A stretch of 64,000 nucleotides of DNA. It comes from Raillietiella orientalis (Eukaryota). Positions 11,201-26,200 of this stretch are shown here, one piece after another; the stretch's first letter is position 1, and every line of letters begins with the position of its first letter. The position numbers were made by a program, and so were the translations under genes. The notes under the pieces are model-generated. The model was not told the DNA's origin. It did no database searches and worked only from the letters and a program-made list of their open reading frames with translations. The DNA is taken from assembly GCA_036172245.1 (NCBI GenBank), contig JAYWIR010000009.1, positions 186,001-250,000 on the forward strand, given 5' to 3'.

Positions 11201-14200
11201 CGGCAAGGGTCTTCGGTAAAGCTCGAGCTTCGCTTTGCTGAGCTGACCTTAAAGGAGTTTGCAGGAATCTTTCCGCGTCGGCGATCTTTGATCACCAGCT
11301 GCGCTTTTTATAAACACTTAGACTGTAATAATTTTGGCGCAGCAGCGACCTTCCGATCCCACGACGTATCTTGCAGCGGCTTTAAGAGGAAAACGATATC
11401 AACAAATGGACTTTGGAGGGAGGCGCGCCATGCCGATCTCGCCCTCCCTGCTGCCGACACGAAAACAAAAGCAAGAAAAGCTCTGTCTCCCGTTGCTATT
11501 TCGCACTTGAGAATTCAAGGCGATGATTTCTTCATCATCATCTGTTTCATTGGGTTCACTGTCTGCAGGAAAAGTTCCTAATGGACTGCACGTACACCCT
11601 GGGAAGAAATGCGTCGTGTCCCCCTTGGGAAACATGATCGTAATTAAGGACATCGACGGCAAGGAGCAGAAATTCCTGTCCGGACATCGCAACAATGTAT
11701 CATGCCTCACCATATCTAGGACTGGTACATATATCGCCTCGGGTCAAATAAATTACATGGGTTTTAAGGTAAGAGCTATAATTTCAGAGTAGAAATCAAC
11801 CTTTTGCCGATTGACCGCGGCGTTAACTACTGTCTTACGTTTCGAGGTAAATGGCGCCTGCGCTCAGATAAAGTCAGAAGGGAAATACAAATAGTGACGG
11901 TGATGAGCGGATGAGGAATGGGATGGTGCGAGACTCGTCGCTCAAGATCCTGAGCGCGCGCGCCGTTACTCGGAAACGGCTGGTTTTTTTCCTCGCTCGC
12001 TCGCGGAAAAGCTTCTCGTCCTCAATGCGGAGAGTTCTCTCGCCGTTACCCCGACACTTCCAGCTCTCGGACTGAGAGGTGCCGGAAGCTAGCTATCTCA
12101 CCGGTCCAGGGAGAAAGATCTTGAGGTAATTTTTCCTCCCGCGAGATGCTGCCGCTTCCGGCATCTCCGGAAGAAAGGTCAAAAGGGAGACGATTCCTTG
12201 CTCCTCCTCCTGCGATGCGGCGGGAGCGCTTCGGGTACGGGACACGCGCGTCTTCGTCCGCGAAGGAGGTTCGACCGTGACTTGGTTCGCTCGACGCGCG
12301 TGGGGGACCTCCGTGCGGGATCCCCTCACCTCGACACCCACACTGCATCTCTTCGGAAGAGTCGAAGGTCAAAACTCGACGCCAATCGAGGGATGGCCGG
12401 CGGGAAACATCCGCGCTGCTTCCCCGCGCGCGCCGGCGTTCCAGAGCGCGCTCGCTGAAGACGCTTCGGTCCGACCGTTTCGAATGTGACGTCCGTTCCC
12501 GTCTGTCACGACGTCTGCGGCTGCGATTTTCCAGCTGGGCAGCAGCGTCTGTTGCGCTCGAAATTTCTCTCGAGGAATTTGCTCGACCGCCGAGCGGTGT
12601 TCGAACCGCTTGACGTCTTCACCTTGTCGCGATCGATCAGCCAGCATGCTGTTCCCGAGTGACGTGTGCCGGAGGGGTGGAACCTGACCGCGTCCGTGTC
12701 TAAAGCGGAATCTGCTTCCTCACCCGTCCGCCGCGTACTCAAGATGCCTTCCCATACCGCGCGCTTCGCCGACCTCCGCGAACACGATCGAGACCGGTAC
12801 GCGTTAGAAGTCCTGCTGCTTGCGACCCGGTCGGGGCAAGCTGAGCAAGCAGTAGCCGAAAAAGAAAATCCCTCGGGGATGCGCGTCTCTAAATAGGGCG
12901 TCGGAATTCCCTAGTTCGCTTCAAGAGGAGCTTCCCTGAAAGGCTCTCTGTGGCCCAGTTTCTGGGTCCGCTCTGCATCGCTTGCTTGAGGTCCGAGGAA
13001 ACCCGACACGAGAGAGACGCTCGCCTTCCCGGAGTTTCGTCACAGAACGGCACTCCACCGTTGTCACACACGCCTTGCTTTTCTGGAGTTGAGTATCTTG
13101 CGGCTGCACGTCTCCTGAAAGGCACTGCATGTCCTCAGAAGTGCCTCAGGAGCGGCATGCGGACGAGACGCGGCATAGGCGGGATGGTCGGCGGCGCGAC
13201 GGTTTAATAACCGGTCCAGGAAGTGAGGGAGAAGGAAGCACATTCGGTTTTAAGGAGTCACGATTTCAGTCTCTGAGAGAGGTTTCACTAGAGGCGCAAA
13301 AGAGATGGACCGTTTCGGTCGATGGCTTTCTTTGGTCGCTCAAAGCGGGATCATTGCGAATCCACACGCAGGTACGTTCAGAATCCTCCAGACAGCGGAG
13401 TGAGCCGTGCATCCTGAAAAGCCACAGCAGAGGATGGGGTGCAACCGAGTCACGAGGAGGGGGAGAAGGCTGCTCGAGGGGCACGCAGGGGAGGCGGAAA
13501 TCCCGCTGCTATCATCTCCAGCAGCGCGGCTTGTCATCCAAAGGGCCCTCGCACTTTTGAGGAAAGGGAAACCTCGGATCACATGAGCGCACTGGATGAG
13601 AGGATTCGGGTGACGAGCGCCCCGAACGGAAACGAACGCCCGCCTGCTCCTGAGAATCCGTCCTCCCCTCGTTGTTCCTTCCGCAAGACCGGCTAGCGCG
13701 CCAGTTCCGCAGCCGGCTCTCGAGTGACCAGGACTAGGAACGAGCGCGTGCCGCCGGGAAGCTCGTTAAGCTGCATTCGCAGCTAGTCCCCTTGGACACG
13801 AAGGAAACCCGTGGACACGCGCACGCCCGCAATTTATGTGGCTGGTGATCCGGCTTTCGGGTGCCGGAACGGGCCTCCCGCCTCTTTGCGCCTGTCGCGT
13901 GTCGTGTCTCCCTGCCACTGGCACCCGCAAACGGGATTTCTCGATCTGCGGCAACATCGTGCAGCACGGGAATCTGGGGTCGCTTCTGTGCCTGTGCAAC
14001 GCGAAGGTCCATTCGTGGATGGTGTGCGTGAGGCCCCACGTCCTGACCCGACGCGCACAAGTGGTCCCTTAGGGATGGTTCCCGCTCGTCATCTTTTCAC
14101 TGCTTCGATTCGATTCAGATTGACAGCGAACGCGACACAACTTTTCGGGTAGGTTTCTTCCGGAGACACGGAAACACGAGATGCGTACCTCGAGGCGATG

Positions 14201-17200
14201 CCCCTTCCACGCGCACGAAAGGGAAAGCTCATCTTCCAAATGCTACAGCCCGAGAACCAAGGTGACCCGCCGAGCGAGTGGTCGAGGAAATCGCGATTCG
14301 GGCAGAGGACGGAAGGGAGGGGAGCCACTTCCCATGTGGGAGGTGGAAAACGGCTGCCAAGCCGTGTTTTGAAATGTCACCAAACGTCCAGCCCCTCGAA
14401 CTGCATCCTCCAGCGACTGGCAACTACCTCCTCCGGCTGAACTGGAGGTTCCTGACGTAACTTCACGAAAAACGCCTCGTCGGGTGCGATAGGAGCGTTC
14501 GAGACGCCGAATCTGCCGCAGCCACCGACCGACCTCTCCGCTCCGGCGCCCTGTCGCACCGTACGCACGAAGCGCACGCGGAAGTCTCGCGCGCCCGGAG
14601 CAGTCGCCCATATCGGACTGCTGTCGGGGCGTCCTTGCCGAGAAAAAGCTCACGTTCCTGTCGCATCACGTTCGTTCTTGGAGGTGGACACCTTAGAGAC
14701 GTGTTAAGGCCCTGGGGTCCCTTCTTGGGGTGGGAACGACGCTGGCGCGGACAAAGCAGCAGCGGCAGCACCTTCTTGCAAGATCCACCACCGAGAGATT
14801 GGATTCAGAATCCCGAAATCTGCCGAAATCTTGAAAGATCATAAAAACATATAAAACAATCACTGTACATACTTTATTTTATTTTATTTTTTCCCCTTCC
14901 TCTGTTGTCAACTGTCACCGTTATTTTTTATTTTTCATGATTCCATATTTACATATTCACTTCATACTATCTTCATAGCATGTATCAATACATATTGAGA
15001 AGGATCATAAATATTTATTTATTCTTTATGATCTTTCACGTACACATTGATGATACAAACGGATGCATATTAAATTAATAATGTACATGCTGATGAATAG
15101 TGATAAAAACAATAAATATATGAATAAATATGTATGTTGAAATGAATTTGCACATTAATCTGTATTATCACTGTATGCAATGAACACGTGCTCTTATCCT
15201 TTTTTCGCGATCCTTCGTGATTTCGACATTCGGGATTTTGATCGGCACCGGCTGCCGAGTCCTCTGAGAATCTGGAAAGGCCAGTGCCTTCACCCCTTTG
15301 CACACGGCACGAACGAAGGCTGACCGCTTGCTCGACACCGCGAGCGATCCGCGTGCACGGGCACACGCGGATCTTTCGCGGCCGAAGGAAGGACTGGAGA
15401 CCCCCGAGAGAAACCGCCCAAGAGAAATCCAGCAGGTCCAACGACTCGACTGCTCACTTGCCAGCCCATTCCTCTGAAGATGCTCGCGCGGCCGAGCGAA
15501 AGGCGGCGCGTTCTACCCACAGGGAGCATCGCGGGGCGGGACTCGTGCTTCTCCAGAGCAAGAACCGCGGCTCTGAAAACTTGCCCTCGGGACAGATTGC
15601 AGGGACAGATTTCTCACTCTGCTGCAAAACGACCTGCTCGGGCGGCGGAGTCTGTGCCCCCGCGACAAGGCGGAGCGCCGGCACCCCCTTGCCGAGTCAA
15701 GACTGCACAAAGGTCCTCTCGGCGCTCACTCCTCCCGAGAAGAGGGCCGGGAGTGGTGGCAGGTCTCCGAGATGCATTCCCCTCCCCATCTCCCCCCCCC
15801 CCTCCTTTCCAGTGCCTTTTCTTCACGCGTGCCGAACGAGGGATTGGCATGCACTGAGATTTCACTGGGAACTAGAACTCCAGATGTCTGCCAGGGGTCG
15901 TCAGCAGCAGCACGTCGACCCACCCTGATGGAAAGCAGCAGCCGGCACTCTTGGGGGCATCCGTTTTTCTTCGTCCGCAGTTCACCGCACGGAAGGTGCG
16001 AGCGATCGTGTCGTGGGGACTCCCTCAGTTCCTGCACCCCTTTTTGGTATTCTCCGTGACGCCGAGGGTATCATCACCGCCTTCCCTCTAAAGTGCATGC
16101 GAACCCCGTCTTACCCCTCCCGCATTCATGGCAACGGCTTCCTGCCGACAGCACGGGCGTGCACGAACGCTGACTCGATCTGAAGACGCTCCTGCTGTTC
16201 TGCCGTGAAATAGAGGAACTCTTTGGGGACCTCGGTAGATCACCGCAGGGGTTCTGTACGCTCTTCCAAGTGGCCGCGCGTTTTGCGTTCGGTTACGATG
16301 CATTCGACCGTTTGCGAACTTCCGCTTCCGGCTGTTCTTCTGTCGACTGCCCCGTGGGGAGTTGAGCTTCCTTGAAAGGCTCGCTGATCCCCTGTGGCTC
16401 TTCCAGGTACCTACGATTCTCTGGAACTTTGAAACCTGCCAAGAGATCGCCCGTCACGACATCCACAAAGTGAAAGTCGAAGCGGTGGCTTTTTCTTGCC
16501 AAGAAAGGTTCCTGCTGTCTTTAGGGGGCGAAGACGATGGCTCGCTCGTGGTGTACTCTGTGGAAAAAAGGCAGCCGCTCTGCGGTGAGTAAATGAAACG
16601 GCGCGTTCGTTTCGGGGTGCCGCTTTGCAGTGCATCGAAGGCTGCCCTGCCTCCTACTGCCACGCGCGCGCGTCAGCCGCCGGCAGTCGCCGCATCCTTG
16701 CCTTCCCTTCCGTCTTCAGGTTCCCTCGCTTCTTTGCAGGAGGGGAGGGGCATCGCGATTTATTACATCCTTGAAGGTGAAACGGGAATGCTGTGCGAGG
16801 TGGGATTGTGGCTGCACAGTGATTCTTGCGTCGAGGCAGTTGCTCTTGTGCGCGCGGGGTCGGTCTGTTCCTACCCTTCCTCCCGATCCCGTGCTCGCGT
16901 CTGATGAAGGTCGCTGTTCCCTTCGGCGCTGACCTCGCCCTTGCCGTCGTCGATTCTCCCCCTCCCTCCCCGTGTACGGCCACGCCGCAGTAATGAGCGA
17001 GGACGCCTTCGTCCCTCTTCCGCTTTGCTTTTCCACGACGGAGAGCGTTCGGAGCCGCCTCTTTTCGTGTTTCGAATTCGTTTCGAGCGTTCTGGTCTTT
17101 CCGGATGGATGCTCGGACTGGCGGCTTCCGTGGTACTTCGAAACTTGCCTTCGGGCAAGGTTTCGGGACTCGGGGGCCATCCGAGGAACTCGCGAGCGCC

Positions 17201-20200
17201 CCGGTGACTTCCAATCTGTGGAGCGCCTGTTTCACGAAAGCTAACCACCTGTTTGTTCCCTCTCCCTTGAGTTTGCAAGGATGAAGAGACCCCCCACGCC
17301 GTGATCTACTGACGGACTGGCGGGACAACACACCGCTCACCTCGCACCTCCTCTTTATGGTTGCTGCTTACACGAAACGAACAAGCACGTCCACCACATG
17401 TGTGACGTACACTTTTCCTTGCAACACGTGCGCATCGAGATCGTGCTAGCTGACCAGCAGTGCAGCTTCGATTGATTTCGGAAGTTCCCTCCTCTCCCAG
17501 TCTTGCGTGAAATCCCTAAATGCCGATCAAGCAGAGGGTACGCACGTACCGGACGAGAGAGCTCGTGATCCACCGCTGTACAGAAACTCGTTGAGTGACC
17601 CCTGGCATCATGAAATTTCGATCGAGTAGCCACTTGATATGCTGCTGCCTCTGGAAGCTGATCGCTGTCCACCCTGGACAAATGAGCACTGAGGCCATGG
17701 TGCCACGCCTAGAAGAGTGACTGCTTTCAGTTACGGAGGGTGTATCGAAAATGATTTAGATCTTTCGGAATCTCTTCCATGACCTCCACCGCCCTATCCT
17801 TTGCTTTGGGAGATGAAATCCGCTTTGTGCAGCTAAGAATATCACTGCGGAGATGATGCCTTGGGCTTCCCTGAGAGCACTCGTAGTCTTGCCCCTGTTT
17901 TTTCGGTCTCTTCAGCTCACGCATTGTCTTGGGCTTTCTCCAAAGTTGACCGTCTGACCGATGCATTTGTCGCCCGTACGAAAATAGGAGCAGGCACGGC
18001 GTGATCCATGATGACCACTTGCATCTGTCCTCTTCACAGTGGATAGCTTGAGAACGAATGCTCCCAGTCTCTGTGATCTCTTTTCCTGTTTCCATGAAAG
18101 ACTTTTTCTCAATCTACCTTCAGTTCTGGGAAGAGGCAGACTGGAGGATGCTTCCACGAGAAAGACGTCTTCCAAGGTTCAAGCCCACTTCGGCCATGTT
18201 TCGCCTGCTGTTTCTGCTCTTCAGCTGACGCTTTTGCTCTTTTTTTTTTTTTTTTTTGAAGGTGCGTTCAATCGTCCACAGTGGAAAGCATGAACTCGGT
18301 AGACGCAACCACCGATGACAGTGGAAAGGAGCTCGCGAAGTTGTGTTATGAGTGCAGCGAGGTGAACCAATCATCATTCCAACTGCCCTATTCCGTGTTT
18401 GTGCCATGATTGCCACCCATCTGCATTTCCACACGCCGATGCGGACTGCCTTGGAATTCCATTCGCAAAAGGCTGGGGAACATTCCAGAAATCGCAATGC
18501 CTACGGAGCAGGGGGAGGAGGCGCCGTGCCATTCTCGAAGGAAAGAAAGACGTCGATAGAGAGTTTCCAGCTCCATCCCGTCAGACCCACGTCTTCGAGA
18601 TGCTTTTGTTCCTGTGCGAGCAAACAGACAGACAAAACCGCCTTCTGCATGGGAGCCGCTTTCGCGGCAGCCCGCTTCCATTTTATGCGACGCGACGCAG
18701 ATGTTCTGCTGGGCAAACCGTTCCTTCCTTGACATCTGTTCTACATCCTTCATTGCGGGAGCAAGCAGCGCGAACGTGATGCCCTGAATCATCATCCGAT
18801 CGGCCCCTATGAACCAACGTGTCGGGGCAATTGATCGGCGTAAGCTTCAGCGTGTGCGATGGCGGGCGTCGCATATTCCACTCGCAAGCTCTTTGAAGTC
18901 TTCGTGCGTTCTCGGTAGGGCTGGAGTGAGTCGGGTTCCGTGATGATGCGATCAGTCTCGCCTACGTTCCGAATCGCATTCGGGCGGCGCTCAGCATCAT
19001 CAAAAGAGGGACCCCTTAAAATGAGAGAGTGCTGGGAACCACCGAGATCTCGACCGGGGCGTAATAAGCCATCGTGATTCACGGGTTTCCCGTCAGGGCG
19101 CGTGGTCGTTGAGCGCTGGGCGAGTTTCCTCCGGCGAGCGTTTCCTTCCCATTTTCTCTTCTTTTCTTCTTTTTGCTTTCCTTCCTTCCTTCCTTCCTTC
19201 TTTCTTTTTTTGCATGTGCGCTCAATGTTAGCTACGTCTTTCTATTTTCTTGCGGCTGATTTTCGAAACATGCATCTTCGGCCTGACCACCGCTCGACCT
19301 CGGAGATCTAATTTTCCGTTTCATAACGTCGAGATGAGGCCTAATTAAGAATGCTTCGGCCTCTTCAGTGAAATCATAAACGCGTCCTCAGGTGGGGGTG
19401 GGGGAACTTTGCTCTCGGGTTTCCATCTTGAGATCGACCGGATGCACCTTCGTCGAAATGAGGGGGAAGGAACACTCGAAAGAGCCCTGCACTTCTTGGA
19501 CGCACCTCTCCCTGCTGAAAGTTCTCCCGGAATCACGGAAGTGATGATGATGATGATGATTTGTGATGGAAGTTCGCCAAGGGAAAGTGGCCGCAGTGTT
19601 CATGTGGTGCGTTCCCAGAGACGAGAAAACCTCTAAACATTTCGAAAAGCCGCCCCTCTTGCGTGGCTGGAGGTTGCGATTACACCGAGAAGCAGCGCGG
19701 TCATCGAATGATCTTTGAAAAGAGCTTGCGTGCGGGTCATCCCTGCAGTTCCTGGTGCCAGTCAGAAGATCTGGGCTGCCTCGAGGGAGATCTCCTCCAT
19801 CTGGATTTCGCGAAAGGAGAAAGAAAAAAAAAAAACTGGAAGCGCGCAACAGTCAGCAAAAGACCATCGTTGCTTTGGAAGAATCAGGGGGAGAATCCAT
19901 CGCAGTCGATCACTAAACCGGTGAAGAGCTCTCATTCCACAAGAGCACTCCAGTTGGAGGCTTCCACTCTTCGCCCAACCGATCGATATTTCTTCCTTTC
20001 GGTGCCACGGTCGCTCGCTCGCTCCTCAGCAGTCCGCTCATCAACAACTCAACGCATCGTTTTGGAGACCCGGAATCGTTCCTTCGAGTCCTTCCTCGGC
20101 ACTGCTTGCGTGTTGCCCCGTTGTTCCCCTCTGAGGCATTCACGTTGGGAGCGAAGACAGGTGCCACGGAACGTATGCGTCGTCACCTTCTACGGGCATC

Positions 20201-23200
20201 GCCGGTGTCGCAGGGAAGGTCGACTTTGACAGACAGATAGCGCGCATACCTCCGCGACCCCGCTCCAATCTAAGCGAGCACGGACATGCCCTCTGCTCCG
20301 AAGTGGCCGTGCGAATCCTCGCCAGCTCGCCAGTTTCCATGGAGAGTAGGAGATGTCGCCGATTCTTGGCGGACACGAGTGAGGTCGTGAGCGCGTATAT
20401 GGAACTCTCGGAATGCTTTCACGGTGTGCGCCCCGTGAGCGTCTCCTGCGCACCGGACGACACCGCGCTGCTCCTCTCATTCAGGAACGACGCGCGGGAA
20501 ATCCCGTAGAAAACGGAGGATATGTAATACCTTGCGGATTTTCGCTCATAGACATTTGCAGTCAACTGGTTCGACCGAAATAAATGGTGGGAGACAGAGA
20601 GAGAAGGATGGGGTGGGGGGGAAGTGAAGAGCATTGCGGCTCTTGTGGCATTTTCGCCGTCTTGCTGATCGCCGAAACCCCCCATCGCGGAGGCTTTCAA
20701 GCGCAAAGAACTCTGCGCGGAAGGATGCAGTTTCAGGAAAGACAACGAAACCGCGCGCGCGCGATGTGCAAGAACGGCCGAATGGCTGCACTCTCTGTTC
20801 TCGCTGCGCGCAATTTGCGTGCGCAGCCGACTCCTCCAAGGTGCTTGGAATTTGCTTTAGCAGCCGAGCGCGGGTTTTTCCCCGTGCACCGAAGCTGTCC
20901 CGCCCGACTTCAGGGAAGCAGTCGCAGTTCTTCCGTGCTACCCGCCTTCTCACTGCCAAGCGGCGAACGGAAACGCGACTCCTGCCTCCCTGCAGAGAGA
21001 CAGACGGCTCTTGGACGGGGAAGCCGGCACAACAGGAAAGGGAAGAGGCGGCTTCCGCCTTGCGCATTCCATGGACCTCTGGTGCTGGTGTGCCCTTCTT
21101 GGTCTCCTTAAACTCGCCATCTCCCATCCACCAAGTCTTGCCGCGAACGGGGTGATTCCGGAAGCACCGAAGAGTGGCAGTCCTCGCTTTGGATTTTGCA
21201 TCCTTTTGGATCTCCGTGTAGTGTGCGCGTTTTTGCGCAAAGCACGAAGCTCGCAAGCGAACTGCTTGCTTACGAGCTTCCTTCTGCCATCCTTCCACTC
21301 TTCACGTTTCGCAGAGTCCCTTGGTTCCCCCCGCGGAGAAGGGGCGGCTCCGCATTCGGCTGACCAAGCGGGTTTTCTGGAGACAGCTCTGGAGAACCCT
21401 CCAGGTCAGCAAAGTATCGGCGCAAAGCCTTCAGCAAGCTTGGCATCCCGAGCATTCTGCTTGCCTCCTCACGGGGTTCGACGTGCCACGCCGGATCTCC
21501 GCGAAACCGCAGCAGCCACACAACTGCAGGCGGTGGCTTTGCCATCCATTCTGACCCGTACGAGGACTCGCTTTCTTTTCTCATAAGCGACCTCCCAGGA
21601 TGCCTTCCATGTCCCCTACACGGGTGAGGAGGAGTGCTGAGTGATCGACTGACCACCTGCGTCTCGTGGCTTGGTCTACGAGTAGTTTGCCGCACCCCGC
21701 CCATTCCTGGCGGCTTGTGCGTTTCCCATGCTACTCGGCGTCTCATCTGAACGAACGCCGGGTTCTTCAAATGATCGCGCAGTCAGCATCCAAGGCTGCC
21801 GCTGCTTCTGCCTCTGCCGTGCGGCTTAGCAACCAGCATGTGATTCTGCTGGCGCGACGGATGCACGGCATCCATCCCTGGTGGCGGGCGCAGGTGGATC
21901 TCTCATCCCTTTCCTCCGTTTCCTCCGCGCACCCTTTGTAAACGATGCACGAAGCAGCCGCAGGGGCGTTTTGCTGGCGTGCAGGTGTCGAGCCAGATGC
22001 GCATCTCCGTTCTCTGAAACGCGTTTCTTTCGTACGAGATTTCGGCGGGGCTTCCCCTGGGATTGCTGCGTGTAAACCGGGCCGAGGCACGCCGTCCTCA
22101 TTTCCGGCTTGCGGTGGTGGACAGGATTCTTTTCTCTTCTTCCCCGCAGGGTTCCCAGCGTCCCATGGCACAACAGGCACGCCTTACTTGGCCACGTTCA
22201 CGAGGAATTACGAGACTTCCTGCGTGGTTGTGGGAAAGGACACTTTGCGCATCTGGAAGCTCAACCCCGAGAAGAGGAAGATCGTCCCGTACAACGTTCA
22301 GATGGGCCACCTACACAGGGACATCCGATGCCTCGAGGTAACGGACACTGACTCCCATTTGAGAAGCGGCGACCTCTCTCCCAGTTGTGGGGCGACGAAC
22401 CACCTACCGCGCTCCTCGGCGGCGGGCGGTACGGGTTGCACGATTCGCAGAATGATGGCACAACCTACTCTGAGAGCCTCTGCTTGCGGTCGCGTCGGTC
22501 GGTCATGTCAGGGGGCGAGGCGGTTGCACCGTTCGCCAAGTACGAGATCAGCGTTGTCGCCCGGCACCGCTTAAGCAAGAGAAGGGAACTTGGAAACGGT
22601 GCAACCCTGAGCAGCATCGGTCAGCGAGTCAGCGACCTCTGGGGCGAAAAGCTCCCCGCCCTGGAGGAGCGCAGAGATCTGACCGCAGCGACCTAGAGCT
22701 CGGCGGCGGAGTCCGAAGTCCTCGGGACCGACGGTGCTTCTTCGGAACCTAAGTAGAATCAACGACGACTAGCGGCTGCAACGGAACAGCTTAAACAGAA
22801 CGCGCTGAAGCGCCACATCCCGAGTCTGCTGAACCCAGAGGGAGAAGAGAGGGAAGGGGCCTGCGCAGGAGGGGGGAATAAGCCGGTAGGGAAGGGCGCT
22901 CCTTGAGGATCGCATGGAGACGTCACCCTTACTCATCCTCCTGAGGGGGACTCCGGCGTCCTTTCCATGACCGTGAGCTGGAAAGCACTTTCGGGGAAGA
23001 TAATGGGAGGGGGGAGGATAGGAGCTCCCGGCGAGCACGCGGAAGGCGGCGCCCGCGCTTTCCTTCACGGCGGTATCCACCGTACGGAAGCTCTCCCAGA
23101 GCGAGTTAGGAGATTGTGTCCCCTGGAATTTCGGGAGAAAAGCACCGACCTACGACCCACACACGTTTTCTCCCCCCGCAGATCCTAAGGAAGGCGAGGT

Positions 23201-26200
23201 GTCCTGCACGCCTGCTCCCGAGGAAGGCGGTGGGCGGGAGTAGCTGTCGTAAGCGCAGGGTTGGGCCCGGCAGGGGAAATCCTACGTTCTTCGGCGCGGA
23301 GTATGAAGGGACGCTAATTCGACGCCGTTTCCGAGGTTTCTCCGAGCAGCCGCAGGCGTTCCCTCTGGTCCCTTCCTCACCCGTGAAGAGGGAGACTGCA
23401 AGATGTAGTCGGTAAGACCAACTTTGACCCGCGTTAGAGAGCAGCACATGGAACGGGCGGTGCGGTCGAGCATCTTCCGGACCGGTTGGTTGGGGCCACA
23501 GGGTCACCGTCAAGGTCTCGTGCAGGGTGGCCGCTCCTCCCTCGTTCCCTGCATGAAGAACGGAACCCTTTTCACCGGGAACCTCGCCCTCTTCGTTCGA
23601 GGAAGGATTCCGCGGGAGGGTGCAGCCAACACTCCAGCTCATCTGCCTGCAGCTATCCTCACGTCGGCTGGCGCTCGCGAAGGACCGCCGTGGCGGCAGG
23701 GGGAGCAGCGAGGGGGGCGTTCTCGACCGCTCAATGGAGCTGCCACTGCCCACTCCCTCGGCTCCGCGCTGGATGGCACTGGGGTCGGCGGATCTGGTGC
23801 CATTCCTCCCCGACGACGCATTACCGGGGTCATCACGCATGCTAAAGGAGGCGGAAGCGCACGCGCGGAGGGCACGGAGTGCAGCCCTCCGCCGGACCCG
23901 TCCTTTGCGCGAATTTCAAGGGAATGGATACGGGTGGGGCACCTTTTCCTCGTTGAGGCACCCTCGTTGCAGGTCTCTCAGAACGACGAATTCCTGTACG
24001 CGGGCACGACCACCGGCGACATCCTGAAGATCAAGGTCGATGTGGCGAGTCTGGCAGATCCCAACGAGAACAACATGGTCGCTCCCATTCTGACTGCCTG
24101 CCTGGCGAAGCACAAGCCCAGGAGGGGCTCCGGCAGCCCTGCTGCTGCAGCAGCGACGTACAGCGGAGGTGGGAACCGATGAGCGTGCGCGCGCGGCGCA
24201 TCCACTTCTGTAGTCATTCCGGAAACGACTGCTGGACATTGCTCAGAGGACATCCTTCGTGCACGGCAGCGCGGACGCACAGGACATGACCAGCCGAGCC
24301 TACCAACCACCTGGAAGAGGGACTTCCCCTCCCACGTTTCGTGAAGTGGCCCGCTCTCTTCCCCCAATAGGCAGGGAAAATGGGACCATGGGTCGCTTCT
24401 TGGGAGGCACGCGGGCCGGATGCTTGGCGATCCCGTCCGGAGCCTGCCTGCTGCGCTGCTGTGCTCTCCCGGACAGCAGGACCACGGCGCCTTCTCGGTC
24501 GCGCGCCGACTGTTGAGGAGCGCCCCCCAGCCTAGAGCGGCGCGCGCTGCCAGCCCCAGTCACTTTCAGTCATCTCCTACGGGAGAGAGAGAGCCAAGGG
24601 GGAAAAAAAAGGCATCCCCGAACCCGCGCGTGCTCGGCTAATTGAAAAGTGAATTATTGTGGATGGAGGGTGCACAGCACAGCACACCAGCACCATCCGG
24701 GCAAACAGGAAATTGAAAACAATCCCAGCATCCCCGGGTGCGCGTCTGCCTCACCGAGGAATTTCCTTCCCGTCGTTCGAAATGCCCGGCCGGCCGAGGA
24801 CTGGACGCTGGCCGGCCTCCGGCGGGCCAGCTGCACGCACGGATTTCGCCATTAGACGGGGAGTGAGATGGAAGCTGAAGGAGGCATCCCTGACGCTCAT
24901 CGGAAACCGAGAGGGATGTCCATAAATCCTAGCCGGCAGTTCGCTACCTGGAATGGAACGGGCGCCGAATGCGGAGGCCCCCGGATGGGACCGCTCGCAA
25001 ATTAAGGAGCGCGGCCGTCCTCCGTTCGGCGACGGCCCCAGGGCGAGGGAGGCGCGGAAGCCCGTGCGAAGGAGACACGCAGGAAGAAGAATTCGCGGAA
25101 CGTCTGCAGACGGTCCGCTCCCCGGAGCAAGGGAGACTGATGGAGCGCTGCGCCTGCGCCGGCATCCGTGGCGCAGGCGCAGTGTGCCGGATCGGATTTC
25201 CTCCGCTGCAGATTCTGCGCCTGCGGCAGCAAGGCCGCGAAAGCGTTTAATTGGCGATTCGTCTTCGTCGGGTGCTTCGCGGGGACGCGTTCCTCGAGGA
25301 GAGCGGTCGCGTCTCTCCCATCCCTCGGGAGAACTGCATCCACATACAGGCCGCGCAAGCAGTTGTTTCCTCGCGGGAAAGAGTGGCTTCCTTCTCTCGC
25401 GCCTTGGGAGCGGCAGTCGCCGACCGGGCCGGCAAGAGCGAAGGGAGGAGCCCATTCCGGGAATATCGTTCGGCCAGCCTACCGACCAGAGCCTTCCGAA
25501 CTGCGGCGGCAGGGGCAGGACGAGTGCAGAATCCCCCTCTGCCGACCGTCTCGGCAGCCAAGGTCTTCCGCAACGACCAGCGTCGCGACGGAGGTGCCAC
25601 GGAGCGGGCGCTCGGAGATCTCTGATCCGCTACTACGCTTTCGTGAGCGGTCACCGACATCGGAAGGAGCCTCGGAGAGAATTGGAAGGGACGAAGAAGA
25701 AAAATTCGGGCTGTTTCCGGTCCAGCCGAGGTAGCCGGTAGGCTGCCCGGCCATGCCACTTTCCGACCGATCGCCTTCTGACCGCAAATGAGCGCTGTCT
25801 CCCTTTCTCGAGCACCACCTCAGACATCCTCCCACGCCCTTTCCGCCACAGAGCCTCGCCCTTCGGGACTATCCTCGCATCGTCCGTCGTACCCCCCACC
25901 CCCTGCTACTGAGACAACGAGCAACTCCGCGCAATTTCCCGCCTGCCACACGAGCGCGTGCCTCCGGAGGGATGCTGCCCCGAACGATGCGGCGGCGGCG
26001 CCAGCTGCTGCCGTGCTGAGAGGGAGTGCGGCGTGCATACTTGCTAGTCTCGAGTCGGCCGCGCCGCTCTGCCTGGCTTCGGAAGCGCCAGGACGTCGCG
26101 AGAGAAATTCGGTCGGTCGGTGGAGGGAAGTGCCAGCGGCCGGCCGCAGCGAGCGACGGCCACCTGAATAGCGCGACAGTAGGGGCAGATGCACTGCGAG

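Noticed and set aside
17516..17800. Minus-strand fragments IPKDLNHFR and HIKWLLDRNF, faintly like non-LTR reverse transcriptase motifs
   Set aside because: Very short, spacing does not fit well, and no catalytic YADD-type motif was found. A profile search would be needed.
23160..23230. Good-looking acceptor (ttttctccccccgcag) inside CFAP52 intron 4
   Set aside because: Exons 4 and 5 already join colinearly with known CFAP52, and the following sequence has no strong donor or WD40 similarity.
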